Positions 1 through 10,429 of a stretch of DNA of 64,000 bases are shown in pieces. The translations under genes were made by a program, and so were the position numbers. Below the pieces are notes generated by a model. The model was given only the letters and a program-made list of their open reading frames with translations, was not told where the DNA came from and did no database searches. Every line of letters begins with the position of its first letter. Within the stretch, counting starts at the first letter, position 1. The DNA is taken from positions 32,001-96,000 of the forward strand of contig OZ243974.1 of the NCBI GenBank assembly GCA_965214775.1. Reading direction: 5' to 3'. This stretch comes from Nitrosopumilus sp. Lineage in GTDB: Archaea > Thermoproteota > Nitrososphaeria > Nitrososphaerales > Nitrosopumilaceae.

Positions 1-433
1 ATTCTGCTTCGGCAGAAATCTTTTTTGCAGTTTTCTGGCGATTCCTGATTTCCAATTCAAGTTCTGCCACATGATTGCCAAGTGAACGTAATCTGGCCTC
101 GGCATTCTGTTTTTCTTCTGGAGAATCGGCAAATTCAATCTCCTGTCGGGCTTGTTCCATGGCATCTTTTTCCCTCCCCAGCCTCTCCTGGGCTGCTGCA
201 ACAAGTCTTTTGATGCTTTCAAGCTGAGAGGTTTTTTGAGTCAGAACTGCCAAGATATCAGAGATGTTTTCACGTTCAGATTCAATTTTTCTATCAATAG
301 TGACTAGGCCTGATGAAGAACGTCTTTGAGCAGAACGGGCCTCCTTTAGCTGCTTTTCAGCCTTTTTTCGCAATTTTGTAGATTCTTGCTTTTTTTGTCG
401 CAGTTGGACTACCAGTTTTTCCAGGGATGCCAC
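1..433 (-). CDS. Coiled-coil hypothetical protein, N-terminal part (runs off the window start)
   Basis: Manual translation from GTG at 433: MASLEKLVVQLRQKKQESTKLRKKAEKQLKEARSAQRRSSSGL..., open to position 1 and rich in heptad-like K/E/Q/A. Confidence 0.75.
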   Translation of the reverse strand, partial: MASLEKLVVQLRQKKQESTKLRKKAEKQLKEARSAQRRSSSGLVTIDRKIESERENISDILAVLTQKTSQLESIKRLVAAAQERLGREKDAMEQARQEIEFADSPEEKQNAEARLRSLGNHVAELELEIRNRQKTAKKISAEAE

Positions 434-568
434 AATTAAATCAAAGCAGGGACTCGGTTAAGTTGTTAACATAATAAGGATTTGACTTACCAGTTAACAA
501 AATTAACCAATTTTGATCGCAAAATCCCATTTTTTAAAAAATATTAGCAGACACATCCCACAAACAGC

Positions 569-883
569 ATGGAAGAGTTCCATCCCAAAGACTTGCCAGT
601 TTCAAGAACCTATGATCTCAAGGACGAAAAGGATGCCAGTGATGCGGTTGCCGACATGGTAAAACTTGGCTTCAAAAACAGAAAAGACGGGTTTAGAGTC
701 CTAATGCCAAAAGAGGCAAAGCTTGCAAAGAGAATGGGGTATGTAGTGACCACCGGAGTAACACACGGGCTAAGACAGGTAAACGAAGAAAGAGACATCA
801 GATACTGGACGTATCATCATGATGACGATCATTATGCAATTGTGCTGATCAGCAACTCAGTGCTGGCTGGGCTAGGTTTTTGA
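569..883 (+). CDS. Hypothetical protein (104 aa)
   Basis: ORF with normal composition; AT-rich TATA-like tract ~30 nt upstream; converges on the PAP2 gene. Confidence 0.75.
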   Translation: MEEFHPKDLPVSRTYDLKDEKDASDAVADMVKLGFKNRKDGFRVLMPKEAKLAKRMGYVVTTGVTHGLRQVNEERDIRYWTYHHDDDHYAIVLISNSVLAGLGF

Positions 884-1540
884 TTTGTCAAGAATTTTGT
901 AAAGTCTCGTCCTTTTTGCCATTACCCCTGCAAGCATTGCCCCAACTACCGTACCTCCGATTACGTCCATCGGATAGTGCTCCAGAACATAGAGTCTGCT
1001 CGTCGAGATCAGCAAGGGATACAGGAACATCAGATATGCCCCATTGGGAAACCTTTGGGAAAGCGCATATCCCAGGATTATTGCAAATATCATAGACCGT
1101 GCTGCATGGCCTGAAGGATAGGATGCGTCAAATCCGCCCTCACAAAAAAGAGCAAAGGTATCCTTGCTCAAAGGCACCGGAAACGGTACAACCTCATAGT
1201 CAAGTCCTGGACGGTCACGGTCAACCCCGCATTTGATGTAGCCTGTCAGCAGCGTCGAGAGAACTATCAGGATCATCAGGGTAATTCCCACCCTGCGTGT
1301 CTTAGGGATGATCAACGTCAAAATGCCAAAACCGAGCATCCACAAAGCCTCGCCACTTTCGGTGATTGATTGCATCATCAGATCAGCTGCAGGATTGCCA
1401 GAAACGCCAGAAAAGAACCGCACCACACTTTGATCAAAACTTTCAGTCACTTGATAGTACACAAGCCCGGTCAAAACTAAAAACAGAATCGTCAGCAAAA
1501 CAAACGGACGCGACCTTAAATCAAAAATCCAGTTTTGCAA
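872..1540 (-). CDS. PAP2-family membrane phosphatase
   Basis: Motifs K-x6-RP (KCGVDRDRP), SYPSGH and SRLYVLEHYPMDV; multiple TM segments. Confidence 0.92.
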   Translation of the reverse strand: MQNWIFDLRSRPFVLLTILFLVLTGLVYYQVTESFDQSVVRFFSGVSGNPAADLMMQSITESGEALWMLGFGILTLIIPKTRRVGITLMILIVLSTLLTGYIKCGVDRDRPGLDYEVVPFPVPLSKDTFALFCEGGFDASYPSGHAARSMIFAIILGYALSQRFPNGAYLMFLYPLLISTSRLYVLEHYPMDVIGGTVVGAMLAGVMAKRTRLYKILDKSKT

Positions 1541-1682
1541 TCAACCAAACCCCAAGTACGTGTCATTTAATTTTATCAGTAGATAAATTTTCAGATATTT
1601 GCTGCCCGCCGGCTGGTTTGCCGGCTGTCTCAAATTCATTTTCACAGAACGGTTCTGATCGGCTCAAAAGAATATTAACCAA

Positions 1683-2912
1683 GTGTACGATAGAAAAGGC
1701 GTGAAGGTGCTCACACTAGACGACTTTGACCTAAAAGGCAAGACTGTTTTTTTGAGAGTGGACATGAATTGTCCGATTGACCAAGAGACAAAGGAGATAT
1801 CAGGAACCAAGCGAATCGAGGAGGCAATTGAGACATTAAAAGCATTGGAGAAGGCCAGAGTTGTGGTGGCTTCCCACCAGGGAAGAGTCGGAAACAACGA
1901 GTATACGGGAATGGACAAGCATGCAAAAGTCCTAGAGAAGCTGATGAATAAAAAGATAAAATATGTCGAAGACGTAATCGGAGAAGCCGCACAAAACGCA
2001 ATCAAAAATTTAAAAGACGGAGACATCCTGCTGTTGGACAATCTCCGGCTATGCGCTGAGGAAAATTACGAGTTTGCGCCAGAGAACGCTACAAAGACAA
2101 TGATGGTCTCACGGCTGTTCAAACTGTTTGATCTTTGCGTGCTGGATTCGTTTCCCAGTGCGCACAGATCGCATCCGTCAATAGTTGGATTTGCCCAGGT
2201 TCTTCCGGCCTGTGCGGGACGAATCGTGGAAAGGGAAGTCAGGAATCTTGACGAGATAATGACAGTTGCCAAAGCACCGCACGTAATTGTCCTTGGAGGC
2301 TCCAAGGTATCTGACAGGCTAGAGTCCATAAAACTGCTCATTGAAAATGGGCGCGCCGACCACGTTTTGCTTACAGGGCTGATAGGAAACGTCTTCATGC
2401 GTGCCCAAGCAAGAATAAAGTCGCCTTTGGGAATCAAAAGAGAGGAGGAAGTAGTTGCCAAAGCACATGCCCTGATCGGCGAATACCCGGATGTTTTTGC
2501 AGCTCCAGTCGACATTGCAATTGACAAGGATGGAGAGAGGATCGAGATGGACGTCAGGGAGATGGGCAAGGAGGACAAGATATATGATCTGGGACCTAAA
2601 ACCGTAGAATACTATTCAAGACTGATTGCCGGCGCCGGTACCGTCTTTATCAGCGGGCCGGCAGGATTCTTTGAGAAGGAAAACTTTAGCTATGGAACAA
2701 AAGAGCTGCTTTGCTCTGTTGCAAATTCAATGGCAACAACGATTGTGAGCGGCGGACATTTAACGACTGCGTTAAAACAGCAGGGCCTGGCAGGCAAGAT
2801 CGACCACATCAGTACTGCGGGAGGAGCCCTGGTTTTGTATCTTACCGGAGAAAAGCTGCCGATGATAAAGGCCTTGGAGGATGCGGCGGCCAGATACAGA
2901 TCTAGAGAGTAG
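1683..2912 (+). CDS. pgk: Phosphoglycerate kinase
   Basis: LRVDMNCP, SHQGR, LDNLR, LGGSKVSD and HISTAGGA motifs. Confidence 0.97.
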   Translation: MYDRKGVKVLTLDDFDLKGKTVFLRVDMNCPIDQETKEISGTKRIEEAIETLKALEKARVVVASHQGRVGNNEYTGMDKHAKVLEKLMNKKIKYVEDVIGEAAQNAIKNLKDGDILLLDNLRLCAEENYEFAPENATKTMMVSRLFKLFDLCVLDSFPSAHRSHPSIVGFAQVLPACAGRIVEREVRNLDEIMTVAKAPHVIVLGGSKVSDRLESIKLLIENGRADHVLLTGLIGNVFMRAQARIKSPLGIKREEEVVAKAHALIGEYPDVFAAPVDIAIDKDGERIEMDVREMGKEDKIYDLGPKTVEYYSRLIAGAGTVFISGPAGFFEKENFSYGTKELLCSVANSMATTIVSGGHLTTALKQQGLAGKIDHISTAGGALVLYLTGEKLPMIKALEDAAARYRSRE

Positions 2913-3255
2913 ACTTGCACGACGGATGCGGACATACTCTTTCTTCAAAAGCCCCCAGATGGACGTCATTCCCACAGGCATCACAGTGCAGTTGTTCCAC
3001 GGGATCAAAGAGTTTCAGCCAGATGGTGGTAAAGTTCTGGGCGATGTTTCTTGCCAGACCAGAGTCGCAGATTTCATTGATGAAAGGTTCGGTGTCATCA
3101 ATTGTCCAGGAGGGATCAACGTCGCCGTTGGATTTTAAAATTTCAAAGATCTCATCATTTGTGAATTTTGCATCAACGTCATTGAATTTTTCAAAGATTA
3201 TTCTTCTGATTTGAAGCGCAATGGGTGTCAGAGGAGCAAAATTATCCGCCGTCAT
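2902..3255 (-). CDS. Hypothetical protein, wHTH-like N-terminus and C-terminal CxxC...CxxxxC zinc ribbon
   Basis: Co-oriented directly behind sufU; CDAC...CPHPSC. Confidence 0.7.
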   Translation of the reverse strand: MTADNFAPLTPIALQIRRIIFEKFNDVDAKFTNDEIFEILKSNGDVDPSWTIDDTEPFINEICDSGLARNIAQNFTTIWLKLFDPVEQLHCDACGNDVHLGAFEERVCPHPSCKSTL

Positions 3256-3256
3256 G

Positions 3257-3700
3257 TCAGTACATGTTTTTCGCTTCTTCTTTTAGCTTGTCTATATCCC
3301 CTGCGTCCCTGAGATGCTTGGCCAGATAGGTATACAGTGCGGATTTCAGGACCTTCAAAGAGAGCAGGGCGCATTTGATTCGGACTGCCTGAAGATGCTC
3401 CAAGCCCAGCTCGCCTAGAATGTCGTTCTTTTCAATATTTCTGACCTCGTCAAGACTCTTGCCCTTGGCAATTTCGGTCAGGACAGAGGAGCATGCCATG
3501 CAGATTGCGCAGCCCTTTCCATGGAACTTGATGTCAGAGACCCTGTTCCCGTCAATTTTCATATCAATGTCAATGCTGTCTCCGCATAACGGATTTGCGT
3601 CATGAAAGGTTACGTCGCAGTCCTCGATTTGTCCATAGTTGGCAGGGTTTCTCGAATAGTCAATTATCATCTCATGATAAATGTCTGCATTGCCAGTCAT
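3257..3700 (-). CDS. sufU: SUF system Fe-S scaffold/sulfur-transfer protein (NifU/SufU type)
   Basis: NPLCGD, GCAICMACSS and RIKCALL motifs; follows the cysteine desulfurase. Confidence 0.93.
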   Translation of the reverse strand: MTGNADIYHEMIIDYSRNPANYGQIEDCDVTFHDANPLCGDSIDIDMKIDGNRVSDIKFHGKGCAICMACSSVLTEIAKGKSLDEVRNIEKNDILGELGLEHLQAVRIKCALLSLKVLKSALYTYLAKHLRDAGDIDKLKEEAKNMY

Positions 3701-4941
3701 AACTTGAACACCCTTGCCACCTTATTTAGCGAGTCAACCAGCATGTCAACGTCTTTTCTTGTGTTGTAGATGTAAAAGCTGGCCCTCGATGTGGCTGCAA
3801 TGTTCAGTCTTTCCATCAGCACCTGTGCGCAGTGATGACCGGATCTGACTGCAATGCCGTCCTCATCGATAATTTGTGCAACGTCGTGAGGATGGACGTC
3901 TGCAAAATTAAACGAGATCACCCCGCCTCTCTTGGAAATGTCCTTTGTTCCGTAGATATGAAGCCCCTTGACTTGAGACAGCTTCTCGATTGCATACCTT
4001 GTTAGCTCGACTTCGTGCTGCCTTACATTCTCCATTCCGATTTTTGCAAGATAGTCAACGGCGGCCCCAAACCCCACAACATCGGCAATGTTGGGGGTTC
4101 CTGCCTCAAACTTGTATGGCAGGTCATTCCACGTAGTTTCATACTTGTGAACTTCCCTGATCATGTCCCCTCCCCCGTGAAACGGACCCATTGTTTCAAG
4201 GATTGGCCTTCGAGCCCACAAAACGCCGATTCCGGTGGGGCCCAGCATCTTGTGGCCTGAGAACGCAAAAAAGTCACAGTCAAGCTCCTCGATGTCAACT
4301 TTCATATGAGGTACTGCCTGCGCGCCGTCAATCAGGGTAGGCACGCCTGCGGCCTTGCATTTTTCAACAATTTTTTGAGCATCAGTGATTGTCCCCAATA
4401 CGTTGGACATCAGGCTGAATGCAACAAGCCTGACTCTTCCCGTTGCAAGGAATCCATCCAAATCATCAAGAATCAGCTCGCCATCATCATCCATTCGGAT
4501 ATACTCAATTTTGGCGCCCTTTTCTTGCGTCAGCAGCTGCCATGGAACGATATTGCTGTGATGCTCGTATTCAGTCGTAAGTATGATGTCGTCTTCCCTG
4601 ACATGAGGCCGTCCCCATGCATAGGCAACCAGATTAATTGCCTCAGTGGTGCCTCGAACGAAGATTATTTCTTGACGATTTTTGATGTTGACAAAACTTG
4701 CAATTTTGTCCCTGGCTGACTCGTATGCCTCTGTTGCCTCCTCGGCCAATGCGTAAACTGCCCTGTGAATGTTCGCATTGTGGTTTCTGTAATAGTCATT
4801 TATCGAGTCAATCACCTGGTCTGGCTTTTGCGTAGTTGACGCGTTGTCAAGATAGACAAGCGGCTTGTTTTCCCTGACGGTTCTTTGAAGAATTGGAAAG
4901 TCTTTTCTCAGGTTTTCAAACAATGATTCGGTGCTTTGCAA
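3697..4941 (-). CDS. sufS: Cysteine desulfurase, SufS type
   Basis: YLDNASTTQKP, EHHSN, SGHKM (PLP lysine) and RSGHHCAQ motifs. Confidence 0.97.
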   Translation of the reverse strand: MQSTESLFENLRKDFPILQRTVRENKPLVYLDNASTTQKPDQVIDSINDYYRNHNANIHRAVYALAEEATEAYESARDKIASFVNIKNRQEIIFVRGTTEAINLVAYAWGRPHVREDDIILTTEYEHHSNIVPWQLLTQEKGAKIEYIRMDDDGELILDDLDGFLATGRVRLVAFSLMSNVLGTITDAQKIVEKCKAAGVPTLIDGAQAVPHMKVDIEELDCDFFAFSGHKMLGPTGIGVLWARRPILETMGPFHGGGDMIREVHKYETTWNDLPYKFEAGTPNIADVVGFGAAVDYLAKIGMENVRQHEVELTRYAIEKLSQVKGLHIYGTKDISKRGGVISFNFADVHPHDVAQIIDEDGIAVRSGHHCAQVLMERLNIAATSRASFYIYNTRKDVDMLVDSLNKVARVFKL

Positions 4942-4957
4942 GATTTTTCAACTCCAA

Positions 4958-6355
4958 TTACCGGTACTTGTAGTGCTGTTCGATTTCAGCATCCTCGTTG
5001 TATCGAGTTTCCTCAACTTCAACAAACTTTGCTAATTCCTCATCCGTATTAATTGTAAGTTCGCGGTTTTCCCACTTGGATTCAACAAGGTAGGCAATCC
5101 AGGCGCGCACCTGAAACGACATTTTTCTTGACAGGGGTTCCAGGAATCCCTCTACGATGGTCCGTTCAGCCTCCTGATGGCTCAGACATCTTGATTTCAG
5201 ATAAAATATTTGCTCTTCGTCAATTTGTGCAACGGATGCAGAGTGAGTGGCCTTTACATCATTTGTCAGAATCTCAAGGCCGGGAATGGCGTCAGATTTT
5301 GCATTCTTGTCCAGCAGTATCGAGCGCCCGGACAGGAAAGAGTTTGATTTTGCGGCGTTTTCCCTGATTCTGATCATGCCCTTGAAGAGAGATTTTGAGC
5401 GATTTCGCAGGATGGATTTTTCTACGACCCTTCCTTCAGTGGCAGGGCTTTGGTGATTCATATTTGTTTGAATGTCAAAGTGCTGGTCATTGTTTCCAAA
5501 AACAACCTCGGATTCGTTAGATGATGCGCCTGCCCCGTTCAAAAAGTAGTCGATTTTGTACCTGGACAGGACTGAGCCAAACAGGCCAGAATACCAGTTT
5601 ACCTTTGCATCCTGTGCCATGTCAGTTCTTCTGGTTGAAAAGTTGACCGAACTTTGATCCATCATCTGAAGGGTAGTTATGTCAAGCTGTGCGTTTGCCG
5701 CAACGTTTGTGTTGAGAAGTTCAAGATATGCCTGCTGCAAATCAGTCTTCGGGGAATACAGCTCTTGAACGACAGATGCCCTGCTGCCTTCGTCTGCAAA
5801 GATGATGTTTCTTGAGATTGTGGACAGTCCGTCATCAGACAGGCATGACAAGAAATGAATCGGTTTTTCCAAAGCAAGGTTCTTTGGAACGTGGATAATT
5901 ACGCCGGAGTTAAAGGCCGCGTTGTTCAGGGCGGTGAATTTATCATCATTGGAGTTTGAGGCCTCTAATGCCTTTCTTACGAGTTCCGGATTGTCCCGTA
6001 TTGCATCATAGACAGATGAGATCACCAGTCCTTTTGATTTCAAGTCGTCAGGAAGGTTGATTTTGTGAACGTTGGTTCCGATTTGGACGATACAGACCTC
6101 GTTTTCCAGCTCGCCGAGTCTTTTTTGAAGAAATTCAGGAACAGAGTCCCTTGTGGAATGTGCAATTGAGATTTTTTCAGGGTTGAGTCTTTTTGCATCA
6201 GTGTATTTGTTGTATAGTGGAGACATCTCAATTGGAAGGCGGTCATAAACAGAAAGCGAGCTCTTTCTGTAATCCTTTAGCCAGTCAGGCTCGTTTTTTG
6301 ATGAAGAGATTTCATCGATATGTCCTGTGTTGATTTGGGAAAGAGTTTGTGGCAT
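4958..6355 (-). CDS. sufD: Fe-S cluster assembly protein SufD
   Basis: SufBD beta-helix features; PGLEILTNDVKATHSASV and FYLKSR motifs; located between sufB and sufS. Confidence 0.93.
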   Translation of the reverse strand: MPQTLSQINTGHIDEISSSKNEPDWLKDYRKSSLSVYDRLPIEMSPLYNKYTDAKRLNPEKISIAHSTRDSVPEFLQKRLGELENEVCIVQIGTNVHKINLPDDLKSKGLVISSVYDAIRDNPELVRKALEASNSNDDKFTALNNAAFNSGVIIHVPKNLALEKPIHFLSCLSDDGLSTISRNIIFADEGSRASVVQELYSPKTDLQQAYLELLNTNVAANAQLDITTLQMMDQSSVNFSTRRTDMAQDAKVNWYSGLFGSVLSRYKIDYFLNGAGASSNESEVVFGNNDQHFDIQTNMNHQSPATEGRVVEKSILRNRSKSLFKGMIRIRENAAKSNSFLSGRSILLDKNAKSDAIPGLEILTNDVKATHSASVAQIDEEQIFYLKSRCLSHQEAERTIVEGFLEPLSRKMSFQVRAWIAYLVESKWENRELTINTDEELAKFVEVEETRYNEDAEIEQHYKYR

Positions 6356-6378
6356 GTATAATCAAATTGCAAAGCGGG

Positions 6379-7779
6379 CTATCCTACCGAATCATCCATC
6401 TCTAGTTTGATGAGCCTGTTTAGTTCGACTGCATACTCCATTGGCAACTCTTTTGTGAATGGCTCCATGAATCCGTTGACAATCAGCGACAGGGCGTCTT
6501 CCTCAGAGAATCCCCTGCTCATAAGATAAAAGATCTGCTCATCCCCAATCTTGCCGACTGTGGCCTCGTGGGTGATTGTTGCGTCTTCCTGGTTGATCTC
6601 CATGTACGGGTATGTATCAGTTTTTGACGTATCATCCAAGAGTAAGGCGTCGCATCGTATGGTGGATTTTACGTTTTTGGCGCCTTTTGCCACATTGAGC
6701 AGTCCGCGATATGTAGAACGCCCATCCAGCCTGCTTACAGATTTTGACGTGATTTTGGACGTGGTGTTTGGCGCCAGGTGAACCATTTTTGCGCCTGTGT
6801 CCTGATGCTGCCCTTTTCCTGCAAACGCAATGGAAAGAGTCTCGCCGTAAGCGCGTTCGCCCATCAGGTAGATGCCCGGATATTTCATGGTCAGCCTGCT
6901 TCCAATGTTCCCGTCAATCCATTCAACGGTTGCGCCTTCATATGCATATGCCCTCTTTGTAACAAGATTGTAAACGTCGTTGCTCCAATTCTGAATTGTG
7001 GTGTATCTTAGATGTGCGTCCTTGTGTGCAACAAGTTCCACGACTGCAGAGTGAAGGGATTCAGACGAGTAAACTGGGGCAGTGCATCCTTCTATATAAT
7101 GCACGTCTGCACCCTCGTCTACAACGATTAGAGTTCTTTCGAACTGGCCGATGTTTTCTGCGTTAATCCTAAAGTATGCCTGCAATGGCATATCAACTTT
7201 GACGCCGGGTGGAACGTAGATAAAAGAGCCGCCACTCCACACCGCGCTGTTAAGTGCCGCAAACTTGTTGTCCTCAGGAGGGATTATTTTGCCAAAGTAT
7301 TTCTTGAAAATTTCAGGATGTTCTTTTAGTGCAGAGTCAGTATCCAAAAAGAGGACGCCCTGTTTTTGCAGATCCTCTCTCAAGTTGTGATATACGACCT
7401 CGGATTCATACTGTGCGCCGACGCCTGCAAGGAACTTCTTTTCGGCTTCGGGAATTCCCAATTTATCAAACGTGTTTTTGACATCCTCAGGGACGTCATC
7501 CCAGTTCTTTTCTGTTTTTTCAGATGCCTTTGCGTAATAGTAGATGTTTTGAAAGTCAATAACGCCAAGATTCCCTCCCCAGGTTGGCATCGGTTTTTTC
7601 ATAAAAATTTCATACGAACGCAATCTAAAATCAAGCATCCATTGCGGCTCTTCTTTCATTTTGCTGATGCCAATTACCGTGTCCCTGGTCAGGCCCTTCT
7701 TGCTGAGGTGGACATACATTTCTGTAGAGTCCTTAAAGTCATATTTTGAATAATCCATGTCCAGATTTTCAGTTGCCAT
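6379..7779 (-). CDS. sufB: Fe-S cluster assembly protein SufB
   Basis: [24 protein letters not shown] and FYLMSRG motifs. Confidence 0.97.
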   Translation of the reverse strand: MATENLDMDYSKYDFKDSTEMYVHLSKKGLTRDTVIGISKMKEEPQWMLDFRLRSYEIFMKKPMPTWGGNLGVIDFQNIYYYAKASEKTEKNWDDVPEDVKNTFDKLGIPEAEKKFLAGVGAQYESEVVYHNLREDLQKQGVLFLDTDSALKEHPEIFKKYFGKIIPPEDNKFAALNSAVWSGGSFIYVPPGVKVDMPLQAYFRINAENIGQFERTLIVVDEGADVHYIEGCTAPVYSSESLHSAVVELVAHKDAHLRYTTIQNWSNDVYNLVTKRAYAYEGATVEWIDGNIGSRLTMKYPGIYLMGERAYGETLSIAFAGKGQHQDTGAKMVHLAPNTTSKITSKSVSRLDGRSTYRGLLNVAKGAKNVKSTIRCDALLLDDTSKTDTYPYMEINQEDATITHEATVGKIGDEQIFYLMSRGFSEEDALSLIVNGFMEPFTKELPMEYAVELNRLIKLEMDDSVG

Positions 7780-7818
7780 GAGTAAAATAACTCCGTTATA
7801 TTATAAATACATGAGGAA

Positions 7819-7850
7819 AAATAGGCATAGCTAAATAGGGAAAGCTAAAT
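7819..7850. promoter_or_regulatory. Candidate tandem operator upstream of the suf operon
   Basis: Two TAG-N6-CTA units at 14-bp period (aaaTAGgcatagCTAaaTAGggaaagCTAaat), just upstream of the sufB TATA-like box at ~7798-7807. Confidence 0.4.
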
Positions 7851-8528
7851 TTTAGAAAAGGTTGTCATCAGGACAAGACAGGATCAGGATCACTGTTTTC
7901 TTTTCTGCAATCTGCCTTGCTCTAAAATTGGAAAAGCAAAAACAGCAAGAACGGCAAAGAACACCGGGGCATGTCAAAGGAATTGCCGGTGCGGACAGTA
8001 CACCATTTCTCAGGAAAGATCCCACAGGCGTTTCTGAGAGATTAGCGGCATGTCAAAGGAATTGCCGGTGGCAGTATCGGCACTGTTGCCGGTGGCACAG
8101 TGACGATTAAAAGTTCTCAAATGCATGAGGCAAACTGCGCAGGAGACCTTTTTATTATCAAAGGCTTTCAATCTGAACCACAGTAGCAGCAGTAGCAATA
8201 GTATTAGCAGTAGTTTGTTGTTGTTTGTTGCTACAGGAGCAGGCGTATGGGCATGTAAACGCCCGGAGTTATACCTTAATTTTATCTCAAATCCAATCAT
8301 ACACTCAGACCAACCAAAGTCGGTAATTTCAGAGTCATCTCAAAAACAAGGATTCCAAACTCAGAAAACGTGATTTGATTTGGCAAAGATACAGGATGTG
8401 TATCGTCCAGATCTCAGTTCGAATAACTGCAAAATACAAGATAAGAAAATAATTGCACAGCTAGATGAATTATGCACAAGTCAAAGGGAGTTAAAAAGAT
8501 TTTTTAGTACAAAGTTAGTTAAAAAATC

Positions 8529-8873
8529 ATGTCCACAGCAACATTTGAACAATTAAAAAAGCAAGAGGCATCTAAAATCAGAGAAGCGGCAAAAAAAATA
8601 CAAGCTGCAAAGACGGAATTAAAAAAACTCAAAAAGGAATCTCAAAAGAAAATAAAGACTGCCAAAGTGGCAGAGCAAAAGCGGCGTAAGGAAGAAAAAA
8701 TCAGAGCAAAAGAAACGGCAAAAAAGCAGAAACTAGAAAAAAAGAACAAGATCAAACTGGCAAAAAAGCAGATGAGAGAGGCAAAGACCGCGGCAAAAAA
8801 AGAGGCAAAGACAAAAATCAAAAATGCAAAAAGAGTCCTAAAAGAAACCAAAAAGGGCAAGAAAAAGAACTGA
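8529..8873 (+). CDS. Small lysine-rich basic protein
   Basis: 114 aa, about one-third Lys; T-run terminator directly after the stop. Confidence 0.75.
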   Translation: MSTATFEQLKKQEASKIREAAKKIQAAKTELKKLKKESQKKIKTAKVAEQKRRKEEKIRAKETAKKQKLEKKNKIKLAKKQMREAKTAAKKEAKTKIKNAKRVLKETKKGKKKN

Positions 8874-9284
8874 GTTTTTTTAAACGGCATGGAAGAAAAT
8901 CCAAGGTTTTCATAAATTTCATGTCGCCTTATTTTTTCAGAAATTACGAGTCCAAATCAGAGTCAGGGATCTTTTCAACATGCCGAATAAAAATACCAGT
9001 CACGGACTTGTCACAAATATTGTAAGAGTTGTTTCGCATTCAAAACCAGGCTTGAGAAAATCGTCTGATTTTAACCCCAATGCACGCTTTGATTTTTTGG
9101 GTTTTTTTTCTCTCTCTCTCAAGACAAAAAAAGAGGTTACTTTACGTTTGATTCGTCTCCAGTAACAGCATTTCGAAGAAATCTTTTGAAATCAGAGATC
9201 AAAGACAAGACAACCTCATCAGGTTTTTTTTGGGATTTTTTCATCTCTCATCGTAATGGGTTAGCCCCTGCCTAGGCGGCAATC

Positions 9285-9375
9285 GTACGAGTTTACCCCT
9301 TAGGCTACACTGGTGTATGGAGCGTTCATGATCACGCCTGCCACGCCGTATCTCAGGTGAGGGGTAAACTCGTAC
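9285..9375. mobile_element. IS66-derived MITE (family 66a)
   Basis: TIRs GTACGAGTTTACCCCT...AGGGGTAAACTCGTAC match the ends of the IS66 at 17908-19451; inverted copy at 60273-60365. Confidence 0.85.
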
Positions 9376-9529
9376 CTATGCTGCTGCTGTGCAGGACTGC
9401 GTCTAGGAATTTCATAGTATTCATATGCCCTTTTACCTATCATTTGTCCTCCGTCAAAACAGGTCGCAGCTGTCACTGCATATCGTTTGGCCAGATCCTG
9501 TATTTTCGTCAAAAATTGATTCGGAAACA

Positions 9530-9778
9530 CTATTCGTCCAGGTCTACGTAAATTCCCGAGATTTCATTGTTGATTCTGTCCCAGTATTTTTCACAGCCAT
9601 CGGCTTTGAAGTCATTTGCTTTGCACTCATTAAAGTGAATGGTCGCATCTCTTTGCAAATTATCTGCATACAACACATCATCGGCCAAGAATATTGCAAG
9701 AATTCCAATTGCAGCCAAACTTCCTGCAACCACAATCATCGAATAGCCTACTTGCGCATGATTGTGAGGGTCCTTCAT
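9530..9778 (-). CDS. Small membrane protein, one TM helix and a Cys pair
   Basis: Hydrophobic segment YSMIVVAGSLAAIGILAIFL; TATA-like TTAAAT ~25 nt upstream. Confidence 0.75.
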   Translation of the reverse strand: MKDPHNHAQVGYSMIVVAGSLAAIGILAIFLADDVLYADNLQRDATIHFNECKANDFKADGCEKYWDRINNEISGIYVDLDE

Positions 9779-10004
9779 TTACATGCAATCCATTGTCCTT
9801 GAATTTAATCTTTTCACGAAACTGTGAAGTTAACGGGCGCTAATTCTCCTTGGGGAACATCGGGTGCAGGAGTCTGACTTTGCCGCACTCAGAATTATCG
9901 TCTTCTACTTGTTGTCCCCTTGAATCCTGATCCCTGCCCTGTAGGCAGGTGTGTCGCCGTCAAGGCCATAATGTGGGCATATGTAGTTGTGGCGGAGCTG
10001 CATT

Positions 10005-10145
10005 CCCCTAGAATTGATTCGAAATTAGCAGACGGATTATTTGTCAACGAATTTGCAGAACTGCTCAAAACACCGACAAAATACAAACTATCTGTGAAAT
10101 TACTTGAAAAATTCGCACGGTTTCTAATTTCGGATCATCTCTCAG
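10005..10145. mobile_element. MITE family C (TIR CCTGAGAGRTGATYCGAAAT), degenerate copy
   Basis: Internal sequence and right TIR are shared with 58994-59138, 50886-51109 and 16577-16720. Confidence 0.75.
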
Positions 10146-10212
10146 AGACGACACATGGTGCAGGAGATAAGACATTACACTGCTGCTGGTCGCATGCACG
10201 CTTGTCATGGCA

Positions 10213-10300
10213 TAGCACGTACAGTTGAAAATCAGACATTTTTGTGCCAAAATAGGCACAACATGCCAAAATTATGTACCAATTTTTGATGTGTGTACTA
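10213..10300. mobile_element. MITE family A (TA-flanked, possibly IS630-derived)
   Basis: TAGCACGTACA...TGTGTGTACTA termini; homologous to copies at 16919, 37569 and 50631. Confidence 0.75.
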
Positions 10301-10429
10301 TGGCCAGGAGAAATCTTGCAGGATACGGATTTGCCGACCCGCCGCCGTAGGATCTGGGTGATCTCTGGGGGCTTACATTTCCATCTACTGATAACGAACT
10401 TTTTATAATTCACTGCCGTAATTTGAACA

